IMG/VR virus record: IMGVR_UViG_3300038679_000356
Source of the DNA: an uncultured virus (IMG/VR IMGVR_UViG_3300038679_000356)
Taxonomy: Duplodnaviria > Heunggongvirae > Uroviricota > Caudoviricetes
Reading direction: 5' to 3' (one strand)
Length of the DNA: 20,000 nt
Numbering within the stretch: position 1 is the first letter of the stretch; each line of letters starts with the position of its first letter. The position numbers and the translations under genes are program-made. Below are positions 9,131 to 15,968 of the stretch, one piece after another. The notes below the pieces were generated by a model. That model was given only the letters and a program-made list of their open reading frames with translations, was not told where the DNA came from and did no database searches.

Positions 9131-9545
9131 GGTGGACTCGGCGGGAGTCGAACCCGCGTGTTGCAACTGAACATTATCCAGACTTCTACACGTTTATCTA
9201 CCGTTTTCATAAGACCCCCGAGATGATCGATAGAACTCTTGCTCGGAGAGAATTCGGGATTCTTTGTCCTTGACCTACGGCGAGAGGCTCCCTATAGCCT
9301 ACGCTTTCGACTATTCCCACGTCAGACTCATCCGACAGTTAACGCCTTACGCCAGGACGGGAACTGGGTATCCTGGCGTTCCACTTACCGCCGTTAGGCG
9401 GCTAGATTGCTCTGTCGCTGATTAGGCGGCGCGAGCGAACTGCATAGGTTCGGCAGTTGTTTGTTGACCGATATTTTACGAAGCCAACGGTCATCTTCGA
9501 CGTGCCATCTGGCTGTACCGGAGCAATCGAAACCGGATCGAGCCC
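9130..9545 (-). ncRNA. ssrA: tmRNA (416 nt); predicted tag (A)AEPMQFARAA at 9454-9422
   Basis: 5' GGGCUCGAUCCGGUUUCGA pairs with 3' ...GCGGGUUCGACUCCCGC-CGAGUCC-ACCA (T arm, G3.U Ala determinant, encoded CCA). A pk1-like region is followed by ACAACU-GCC resume context and a reading frame ending GCC GCC UAA. Confidence 0.95.
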
Positions 9546-9560
9546 ATGATGAAAAAAAAA

Positions 9561-9690
9561 CCTCACGTAAGTTAAAGCAGCTTTTTTGGGTAAACATTGC
9601 CAGAATTGAACTGGCAACACTCAGTCTTGCACACTGATGCTCTTCCAATTGAGCTAAATGTTTGTAAGCCACTAAGGTTAGGACGTGAGG
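9561..9690 (-). ncRNA. Structured RNA 'A': conserved scaffold enclosing a 73-nt tRNA-like cloverleaf (9663-9591, GCA at the anticodon position); candidate Y-like RNA
   Basis: Stems CCUCACGU/ACGUGAGG and AGUGGCUU/AAGCUGCU; acceptor-like AAACAUU/AAUGUUU; D arm GCUC-AAUUGGAA-GAGC; UCAGU-GUGCAAG-ACUGA; T arm GCCAG-UUCAAUU-CUGGC. Followed by U9. Confidence 0.85.
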
Positions 9691-9700
9691 AAAGTAAAGA

Positions 9701-9851
9701 GGTACGCAAGTTAAAGCAGCATTGGATTTTCTCTCAATCGCTTGAGAGAGAACCCGGTAACTATTGGAGTTGAACCAATGACATCGAATTTATTAGATTC
9801 GCGCTCTACCAAGTGAGCTAAGTTTGTATGCCGCTAAGGTTGGGGCGTACC
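9701..9851 (-). ncRNA. Structured RNA 'B': same scaffold enclosing a tRNA-like module (AAU at the anticodon position, 4-bp acceptor) plus a GNRA hairpin; candidate Y-like RNA
   Basis: Stems GGUACGC/GCGUACC and AGCGGCAU/AUGCUGCU; AACU/AGUU; D arm GCUC-ACUUGGUA-GAGC; CGAAU-CUAAUAA-AUUCG; T arm AUUGG-UUCAACU-CCAAU; extra hairpin UCUCUCAA-GCGA-UUGAGAGA. Confidence 0.85.
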
Positions 9852-9864
9852 AAATCTGTTAAGG

Positions 9865-9876
9865 TTGTCAAAGAGC
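9865..9876 (-). promoter_or_regulatory. boxA-like antitermination element
   Basis: GCTCTTTGACAA between the promoter and the first RNA, close to the rrn boxA consensus GCTCTTTAACA. Confidence 0.65.
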
Positions 9877-9888
9877 TTTCACATCATC

Positions 9889-9916
9889 AATATAGGCTAT
9901 ACCAATAAATAATCAA
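9889..9916 (-). promoter_or_regulatory. Promoter of the ncRNA cluster, TTGATT-N16-TATATT
   Basis: Hexamers identical to two other intergenic sites; A/T tracts lie upstream. Confidence 0.72.
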
Positions 9917-9978
9917 GAGTTCCTTTGATAAAAAAAACTGGATTTTTTTGAAGTCACCTGAAACGCATGGCTACAAAG

Positions 9979-10010
9979 AAAAACTGCCGCACGAATTTAT
10001 CGTGCGGCAG
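9979..10010 (-). terminator. Intrinsic terminator closing the protein block before the ncRNA promoter
   Basis: CTGCCGCACGA / TCGTGCGGCAG stem followed by TTTTTCTTT on the minus strand. Confidence 0.85.
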
Positions 10011-10070
10011 CTCCAGGATAAGTGCGGATTATCGTACCTGGATTTTGTGGGAGGCAATTGTTAATGCATG

Positions 10071-11102
10071 TTACTTGGTGATGCGACGACCTACTTTCTT
10101 CCGAATCACGCTCACTCCGTTGTTTTTCGGAGCGGCTTTGCCAACTGAAAACACAACCCTCTCTGGAACAATCTCAAACACCTGCTTGGTGCCGGAAATG
10201 TTTGCTCGCTTCCACTTTACCATGTAATTGGCGTAACGAGAGATGGACTGACGAGTCGAACGCTCCTTACCACCATCCCATTCTTTCCTGTAGAAAGAAT
10301 TCCAGGCACCGCAGAAGGCATAAAGATTCTCTACATCAGAGCGCAACTTATGGATATCATCCATGGCGATCTTACGCGGATCACCACGACGGAGTCCGTC
10401 ATTCATTGCGAACCCACGAATAAATTCAGCAGCGGCGTCTTGGTCCTTACTGTAGCGTACGATCCACATACACACCGCCAGAATATGGCGACGATGCAAA
10501 ATTTCTCTGGCGATACGTTCGCCCCCGTCGATAAGGGCAACAACCTTCTTCAATGGGGCAAGCCACTCCGTCATGAGAGACAACACAAAATCTTTGTTGT
10601 TGAAGCGATAGTCATTCCTTGAACTTGATGACTTGAAGCCCTTGGCAATCACACGAATTGCACCAGACAAAAGAGTACGCTCCGTCTTCGTCAAACCAAG
10701 TTTTTGACACACATCCATGGAGTTGAATATATCCGCCTCCGTTCGACGCATGTGAATATCGAACCTGGAGTAGATCGCAGCGACTTCATCTTGACTGTTG
10801 CAGTCATACTCTTGAACCGTGAAGTTATATGACTGTCCGCTCTTGACGACAGCGGATAGAGTATGCTGCCCATTCGCCAAAAGATACTCTCCATTGAGGC
10901 GACACATAGCGATAATGTTTGTTGGAGTGAATGTGCCATTGCACATAAAGTTGGCAAGATCATCAACGTGCCATTCACGAATGGGGCGCTGCTTATCGTA
11001 CTTGCAGTTTGTAAGAATCTGCAACGCCGCTTTTGGACCGATGTTCATTGTTTTTGTTTTTGACGGGATGCTGGTTTTCACCAGAGTGGCTGTCTCTATC
11101 AT
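10071..11102 (-). CDS. Protein with an N-terminal ParB/Srx-like domain
   Basis: QRPIREWHVDDLA..M..G.F...YLLANGQHTLSAVV resembles the ParB-like DGQHR motif. Confidence 0.7.
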   Translation of the reverse strand: MIETATLVKTSIPSKTKTMNIGPKAALQILTNCKYDKQRPIREWHVDDLANFMCNGTFTPTNIIAMCRLNGEYLLANGQHTLSAVVKSGQSYNFTVQEYDCNSQDEVAAIYSRFDIHMRRTEADIFNSMDVCQKLGLTKTERTLLSGAIRVIAKGFKSSSSRNDYRFNNKDFVLSLMTEWLAPLKKVVALIDGGERIAREILHRRHILAVCMWIVRYSKDQDAAAEFIRGFAMNDGLRRGDPRKIAMDDIHKLRSDVENLYAFCGAWNSFYRKEWDGGKERSTRQSISRYANYMVKWKRANISGTKQVFEIVPERVVFSVGKAAPKNNGVSVIRKKVGRRITK

Positions 11103-11141
11103 TTTCTTGGTTCCTTGCGTTATTGCTGGGATAAGCCCAGG

Positions 11142-11777
11142 TTAAGAAATTTTCAAATCAAGAAGCGTGAACGACTTTGAAGTTTTAACACCATGTTGAA
11201 TAAACGCAATAATCAACTCGATGGTGATTGCGGAGGTGATTACGGCAAGATTCCTGGCAAGAGGAACGTGACATGGGTCAACGCCAGAGTCTCCCTTCGG
11301 AACAATATACGACTCATTCCATACCGCTTCCGAATAGCCGTCACCCATACCAGAATGAATGCAATGCATTTTTTTGGCGAGGCAATAGTCATAAACGATT
11401 CGGCGAGACAAGGCGTTGTCAAATGCATCAACAACAATATCACTGCCTCTCAGTAATTTGTCGACATTGTTTTCGTCAAGTCGTTTGTCAACACATTCGA
11501 TAACAACTCCGACTGCATCTTCAATGATATTGCCGATAGCCATAACCTTTTTCGACCCGCAATCGACACGAGAATATGGTTGTGTACACAAATTAGATGG
11601 ATCAACCCGGTCAAAGTCAATCATCTTAATGGCTTCAAACCCGCAACGAGCCATGCCTTCTGCGATATTGGCTCCAAGAGCACCAGCGCCACAAATAACC
11701 ACCTTGGTAGAAGACATCTTTGTCATGACAGCTTTGGTGCGAAAGGCGGTTTCATGCTGATGAACTGCATCGTCCAT
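11142..11777 (-). CDS. ThiF/MoeB/E1-like adenylyltransferase
   Basis: VVICGAGALG, IDFDRVDPSNLCTQ, KKV, VVDAFDN...R; no CxxC zinc pairs; a Cys in DPCH. Confidence 0.92.
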   Translation of the reverse strand: MDDAVHQHETAFRTKAVMTKMSSTKVVICGAGALGANIAEGMARCGFEAIKMIDFDRVDPSNLCTQPYSRVDCGSKKVMAIGNIIEDAVGVVIECVDKRLDENNVDKLLRGSDIVVDAFDNALSRRIVYDYCLAKKMHCIHSGMGDGYSEAVWNESYIVPKGDSGVDPCHVPLARNLAVITSAITIELIIAFIQHGVKTSKSFTLLDLKIS

Positions 11778-11794
11778 AAAAAATCCTTCTTGTT

Positions 11795-12643
11795 TTACAT
11801 TCCATCATCGCGTCGTTCAACGACATCGACAAGTGTTTGTAGATCAAAATCGTTATCTCGTCCAGAAAGACACATACCGGCGGACATAACCGTCATATCC
11901 GACTTCATGATTGAAGAGGAGGAGCGTCGTCCAGATCCTGTTTTCCATTCCACGTTCCAAAAATCTCCACGATCAACAAACGACAGCATTTTTCCACCGC
12001 CTCGCTCAAGTGCTTTGCGGATTTTGTCCTCATCTGTTGGCGGACATGAAACGCCAACAACTGGTTTTGGATCGATAGCCAACTTAAATGCAGCTTCATC
12101 TTCTGCTGACAATCCAGAAATGCGGCGCAGCTTGCGAACATCATACGACTCTGTCATTCCTACCCTTACTGCAGGAATGTCACTTCGGTCTGGTCCTTCA
12201 TACCACCAAATTGAACCGTCATATCTGGCTGTGATGGCATGAAATCTTGTTCCAGAATCAACAAGACGAATTGCCACGGGTGTTATGCTGCCAAATTTTG
12301 CCTCATACGATCCACGGTTCCTGGGCAACGCTGCCCAAGAAGAATCGATTCCCTGAAAGCATAACCGGAACCTGGCTTTTGGGAATTGCGAAAGATATGA
12401 AGAGATCTGCCTTTTGGGGGCTTCCCCTTCTAGCTTTGCAACGTTTGAAGAAGATTCCACCGAGAACCTTCCCCAGCCTTCAAAGTTTGGATCAGAAGGG
12501 CGAAGGCGAACAACAATTCCAGCTAATTTAACGCAGATCCTACCGCGAGGGACACAGGGAGCCACAAACGGGGAGGCGATCGAGCTGTCATGCTCGGCAG
12601 CCACCCTGTCAATAAGATCGAATATGTCCCGTTTCATCATCAT
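11795..12643 (-). CDS. Hypothetical protein with C-terminal SAGMCLSG.D.DFDL motif
   Basis: 282-aa ORF, translationally coupled (ATGA) to the vWA gene and ending 17 bp before the E1-like gene. Confidence 0.8.
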   Translation of the reverse strand: MMMKRDIFDLIDRVAAEHDSSIASPFVAPCVPRGRICVKLAGIVVRLRPSDPNFEGWGRFSVESSSNVAKLEGEAPKRQISSYLSQFPKARFRLCFQGIDSSWAALPRNRGSYEAKFGSITPVAIRLVDSGTRFHAITARYDGSIWWYEGPDRSDIPAVRVGMTESYDVRKLRRISGLSAEDEAAFKLAIDPKPVVGVSCPPTDEDKIRKALERGGGKMLSFVDRGDFWNVEWKTGSGRRSSSSIMKSDMTVMSAGMCLSGRDNDFDLQTLVDVVERRDDGM

Positions 12644-13425
12644 TCTAAAGATTGAATCTTTCCGTAAAGAGAATAGGCGTAAGACAGCTTAAAGCCTAAT
12701 TTCTCAGCAATTGACTCAATGTTTTCGATGCCACATTCCTTTATGGCGTTATGGAGCTTTTCCATGTCTTCCGAAGTAGTCTGCAATTCACTCATAAGGG
12801 CATTAATGGCTTTGATTGGATTATTAATGTCGCCCAATTTACCGCCAGTCATATCAGCGATACGCTCGAATTCCTTAGCGACGCGACCGACTGACAATGG
12901 AATGGCATAAACTATTGCACCGACCTTTTCAGCAGCAGCAGTGCATTCATGTAACCCAATTCCAGATGGAGTTTTTTTGCTCCACTTACCAGAATTTTTT
13001 AAACCTGCTAACACTTCAACATCATGTTCCATAATTGCGTGAGGCATAGCGTCACCAACTAAAACGATGATTCTGGCAGATGTGCCAGATCGCCAGTCAA
13101 TACCAGTAGCGGCAGCATAAACACCATCATATACAGCCTCTGGCTCATCACCACCGCCGCTGGGGGCGATACGCTGAATGACGGACTTGATCTTATCAGA
13201 ATTTCCAAGAGCGGATTTACCAAATTTGTGAACCTTCGTGACAAACGAAGTGTCTTCTGGAGGATGATCACGAAACTCAACAACACCACACATGATATCG
13301 AGTTTACTAGAGGCGTCGTCAATGATTCGTTTAATATTGGTGCGAGCCATCGAAATGAAAGGCGACATACTTCCAGTCGTGTCGATGACAAAAACAACAT
13401 CAACTTTATTAAATGTAGTGGTCAT
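12640..13425 (-). CDS. von Willebrand factor A domain protein
   Basis: MIDAS-type DVVFVIDTTGSM, GVVEFRDH, GGGDEPEAV, IVLVGDAMPH. Confidence 0.92.
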   Translation of the reverse strand: MTTTFNKVDVVFVIDTTGSMSPFISMARTNIKRIIDDASSKLDIMCGVVEFRDHPPEDTSFVTKVHKFGKSALGNSDKIKSVIQRIAPSGGGDEPEAVYDGVYAAATGIDWRSGTSARIIVLVGDAMPHAIMEHDVEVLAGLKNSGKWSKKTPSGIGLHECTAAAEKVGAIVYAIPLSVGRVAKEFERIADMTGGKLGDINNPIKAINALMSELQTTSEDMEKLHNAIKECGIENIESIAEKLGFKLSYAYSLYGKIQSLE

Positions 13426-13519
13426 GATTGATTGCCTACTAACTGTATTTTCTTAATTATGTTGACGCCAATATTTATCGATGGAAGGGAGTTGGAGATT
13501 CCCAACTCCCTCAAGCTAT

Positions 13520-13711
13520 TCAGCCGTAGACAGCTTCCGGACGAACCATATATTCTCCGGCATCGTTCTTGGCGACGACCAAACTGTTCAGATCATCGAC
13601 TGCGACATCGAGTTGCTGAGCAGCAATTTCCCTTACTTGGGCGTCCGTGGACCCTTCTTTGATTTCGACTTCGAAGTCGTAAGAGGTACCGTTGTATCTG
13701 ACGTGGAGCAT
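13520..13711 (-). CDS. Small putative beta-grasp (ubiquitin-like) protein with C-terminal Gly
   Basis: 63 aa; strand-strand-helix-strand-strand pattern (LHVRY/SYDFEV/DAQVREIAAQQL/LVVAK/YMVRP) ending PEAVYG; RBS GAAGGAG; E1-like gene three genes downstream. The fold is inferred. Confidence 0.72.
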   Translation of the reverse strand: MLHVRYNGTSYDFEVEIKEGSTDAQVREIAAQQLDVAVDDLNSLVVAKNDAGEYMVRPEAVYG

Positions 13712-15276
13712 GTTGCTTCTCCTTCTTCTGATTCTGGTTCTGCTTTAAGGATTGCGTCCACCGTGGACGCCCTCTCTATTTTTTTCAAGGACTTGAAGAG
13801 ACAATCCTCAGCGTCTTCCCTTGTCGGAAGAGGCGTTTCAGCAATCTCCATAAGGAGAGCCAATCGGGATGGGCGAGACAGCATAGAAACAAGATTGCCG
13901 AATCCATAGTAATCACCCTCAAATACGAGAGTGTCTACTGATGCGCCAACTTCCCGCAAACGTTTCTGACAATAATCCTTGTATTCGCCGACTCTAACAA
14001 TCGTCACATTCGGTGACGCACCCGTTGCCTTGCAATACTTCTGATATGCTTCACCGGAATAGGGCGAGGCATTTTCCTGTTCATCAGTCACGATGACGAC
14101 CTGTTCTACATAGCGCTTTGCCCGTTCCAGAGCAGCAAAGCCAGAACCAACGGAAGTTGAACCGGATGCGGTAAGTCCACGGAAAGCCTTGATCCAATCA
14201 GTCGCTTCCTTACCTTCCGACTTAATCTCCATCGCCATATCGTTGAAAGCATAAACATACAAGTCAGACTCACAAACTCCGGAAAGAATACCGGCAATGT
14301 GTGTGCCGACTGCGATTGCCACATGCAGAGATCCAGAACGGTCAACCAAAATTGCGGTCGGGCACTTGATGCGCCCCTTCGCCTTGACGGTCTCGTTCGT
14401 CGCCTTTTCGAGTTTCTTTCGAGTCTCTGCATCAACGCCTACGACATCAGCAGCCACCGCTGCCTTGGTGCCAGACGCACGCTTGTCCTTTGACACTTTG
14501 TCAATCTTGGCGTGGACCATCTTGCGCATCTCTTCATCATCCATCGCACCACGGCGCTTCAACTGACCAATGCAGTTGACAACTTCCTGCGGACTCATGG
14601 ACTCAATGAGAGCGACCAAGATTGGCGCAGTAATCGCAGGAACGGCACCGACCGCAATCGTGAACGGAATGCGCTTCTCAACGATCATGCGAGCACGATC
14701 AACGTCAGACATATCTTTGTCCGACAAAACTTTAACAAAGTATGGTGCCGAACCCTCTGGAGGTTCGTTTTTGAACAGGATGTCGTTAGCACGCGGCGTC
14801 GGTTTGACGTGCAATGATGCATACATCGTCCGCATAGCGGTCTTCGACCGAACAACGGTGGCGTCAAACCACTTCTCGTTCATTTCTCGTGTGCGCAAGT
14901 ACATTTTGACAGCAGTACGAAATGCGGTCGGCACGCTGTTGAAATGGATTTTCAAATGCCGAAGAACACGCGGAATCTGGAACGGAGGAAGATCAACAAG
15001 CATTGCAAACGCTGCACTACGGTGCTCCTCAAGCTTAGAGAGAAACATCGTAGCAATGAAAACCTCCTTATGATCACGAATATCACCATTCAGGTAATAC
15101 CACGCAGCCAGGCGTCCATAAAACGTCGGATCGGCGAGCATGAATTCCTTATGCAAGGAAATGATATCCTTAACTTCCCGATGAGGAGTGCTCAGCAAGC
15201 TGTTGATGATGCCAAGCCGAACGTCACGCTCCTGAGAGGAAGCTTCCTTTACCACACTCTTCTTAGCCATAATCAT
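13633..15276 (-). CDS. Ro60/TROVE-like protein (helical N-terminal region + C-terminal vWA)
   Basis: Helical, basic N-terminal ~300 aa with DPTFYGRLAAW...IRD (TROVE-like); vWA ILVDRSGS, GSTS, VVIVTDEQEN. Size and layout fit Ro60. Start at 15276 or 15270. Confidence 0.75.
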   Translation of the reverse strand: MIMAKKSVVKEASSQERDVRLGIINSLLSTPHREVKDIISLHKEFMLADPTFYGRLAAWYYLNGDIRDHKEVFIATMFLSKLEEHRSAAFAMLVDLPPFQIPRVLRHLKIHFNSVPTAFRTAVKMYLRTREMNEKWFDATVVRSKTAMRTMYASLHVKPTPRANDILFKNEPPEGSAPYFVKVLSDKDMSDVDRARMIVEKRIPFTIAVGAVPAITAPILVALIESMSPQEVVNCIGQLKRRGAMDDEEMRKMVHAKIDKVSKDKRASGTKAAVAADVVGVDAETRKKLEKATNETVKAKGRIKCPTAILVDRSGSLHVAIAVGTHIAGILSGVCESDLYVYAFNDMAMEIKSEGKEATDWIKAFRGLTASGSTSVGSGFAALERAKRYVEQVVIVTDEQENASPYSGEAYQKYCKATGASPNVTIVRVGEYKDYCQKRLREVGASVDTLVFEGDYYGFGNLVSMLSRPSRLALLMEIAETPLPTREDAEDCLFKSLKKIERASTVDAILKAEPESEEGEATCSTSDTTVPLTTSKSKSKKGPRTPK

Positions 15277-15297
15277 TTTCCTTTATTCTTTGAAAAA

Positions 15298-15750
15298 TTA
15301 TTTACCAGAACTGCCAAACCCACCAACGCCACGATCAGAGTCAGCAAGACTGTCTGTCAACTCAAATTCAATGTGTTCGTGTTTCTTGAGAACGATTTGA
15401 GCGATTTTCATTCCTGCCGTCACCAGAAACTCTGTTCCTGCTTTGAGACTAGTGAGAATCACGCAAACTTCTCCACGATACCCAGAATCAATAGTTCCAG
15501 GCGTATTGACAACCGTAATGCCATGCTTCAAAGCAAGCCCAGACTTTGGACGAACCTGAATTTCATAGCCCGCAGGAATCTCAACAGCAAAACCACACTT
15601 GATCACTGTAAGTTCACCATATCTGATAACTCCATCCACTGGAGAATAGACATCCATTCCGGCATCACCTTCGTTTGCGTATGTTGGTGCGCGAACTGCC
15701 GAGGTAGAAGATCCATCCGCAGAAAATTTCATAAATTTGACTTTCGTCAT
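15298..15750 (-). CDS. dut: Trimeric dUTPase
   Basis: AGMDV, RPKSGLA, GTIDSGYRGE, KIAQ, RGVGGFGSSG. Start at ATG 15750 with RBS GAGAGGA. Confidence 0.97.
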   Translation of the reverse strand: MTKVKFMKFSADGSSTSAVRAPTYANEGDAGMDVYSPVDGVIRYGELTVIKCGFAVEIPAGYEIQVRPKSGLALKHGITVVNTPGTIDSGYRGEVCVILTSLKAGTEFLVTAGMKIAQIVLKKHEHIEFELTDSLADSDRGVGGFGSSGK

Positions 15751-15802
15751 TGTGTTCCTCTCTATGGTTCTATGTGCCGGTGAGATTATGCAGTACATTC
15801 AA

Positions 15803-15830
15803 AAGATAGCTTAAACAAAATGACTTTCAA
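15803..15830 (-). promoter_or_regulatory. Sigma70-like promoter TTGAAA-N16-TATCTT for dut and the Ro block
   Basis: Intergenic, directly after a terminator, 16-bp spacer. Confidence 0.6.
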
Positions 15831-15841
15831 GCATTGTTGAT

Positions 15842-15876
15842 AAAAAAAATCCCTGATTTTTGTAATCCAGGGATTT
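15842..15876 (-). terminator. Intrinsic terminator
   Basis: AAATCCCTG...CAGGGATTT stem running into T8 on the minus strand. Confidence 0.75.
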
Positions 15877-15933
15877 AGCTTTAATCGAGTTGGGATCTAC
15901 CGTGTCAGTGATACTCGGTAGAGTATCCACACT
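15842..15933 (-). ncRNA. Candidate small RNA (~90 nt) between a promoter and a terminator
   Basis: TTGACA-N17-TAATAT at 15940-15968; GAUACUC-UACC-GAGUAUC hairpin and an alternative UCUACCG/CGGUAGA pairing; no ORF. Confidence 0.45.
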
Positions 15934-15939
15934 TTTTCT

Positions 15940-15968
15940 ATATTAGATTTTTCTGTGTTAATTGTCAA
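15940..15968 (-). promoter_or_regulatory. Sigma70-like promoter TTGACA-N17-TAATAT
   Basis: Perfect -35 hexamer and 17-bp spacer. Confidence 0.65.

Noticed and set aside
8954..9672. ORFs 8954-9226, 8971-9210, 9394-9672 and 9402-9620
   Set aside because: They overlap the tmRNA, RNA A and a terminator and lack good RBSs. Only the 3' end of 9394-9672 is of interest, as a +1 tag frame.
9591..9824. Ordinary tRNA-Cys(GCA) and tRNA-Ile(AAT) genes
   Set aside because: Wrong discriminator and atypical anticodon loop in A; 4-bp acceptor in B; no CCA in the right place; both are embedded in a larger shared scaffold that also exists without a cloverleaf.
9561..9851. CRISPR array or simple tandem repeat
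   Set aside because: Only two adjacent copies; conservation is structural with covarying stems rather than identical repeats with spacers; no cas genes.
10012..10042. Bulged hairpin (TCCAG...CTGGA) as a fourth scaffold copy
   Set aside because: It lacks the CCYAAC, ACAAAC and AACUU motifs; more likely a 3' UTR structure before the terminator.
11142..11777. Thiamine or molybdopterin biosynthesis role for the ThiF-like gene
   Set aside because: No thi/moa/moe neighbours in the window, no zinc-binding CxxC pairs, and the neighbouring small protein ends in YG rather than GG.
13487..13510. Intrinsic terminator after the Ubl gene
   Set aside because: There is a good 9-bp stem (GGGAGTTGG/CCAACTCCC) but no convincing U tract on the minus strand; it may be an mRNA-stabilising hairpin, so it is not called as a terminator.
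14944..15783. 279-aa plus-strand ORF and other plus-strand ORFs (e.g. 11580-12242, 14570-15073, 18782-19291)
   Set aside because: They are antisense shadows of well-supported minus-strand genes with no recognisable motifs.
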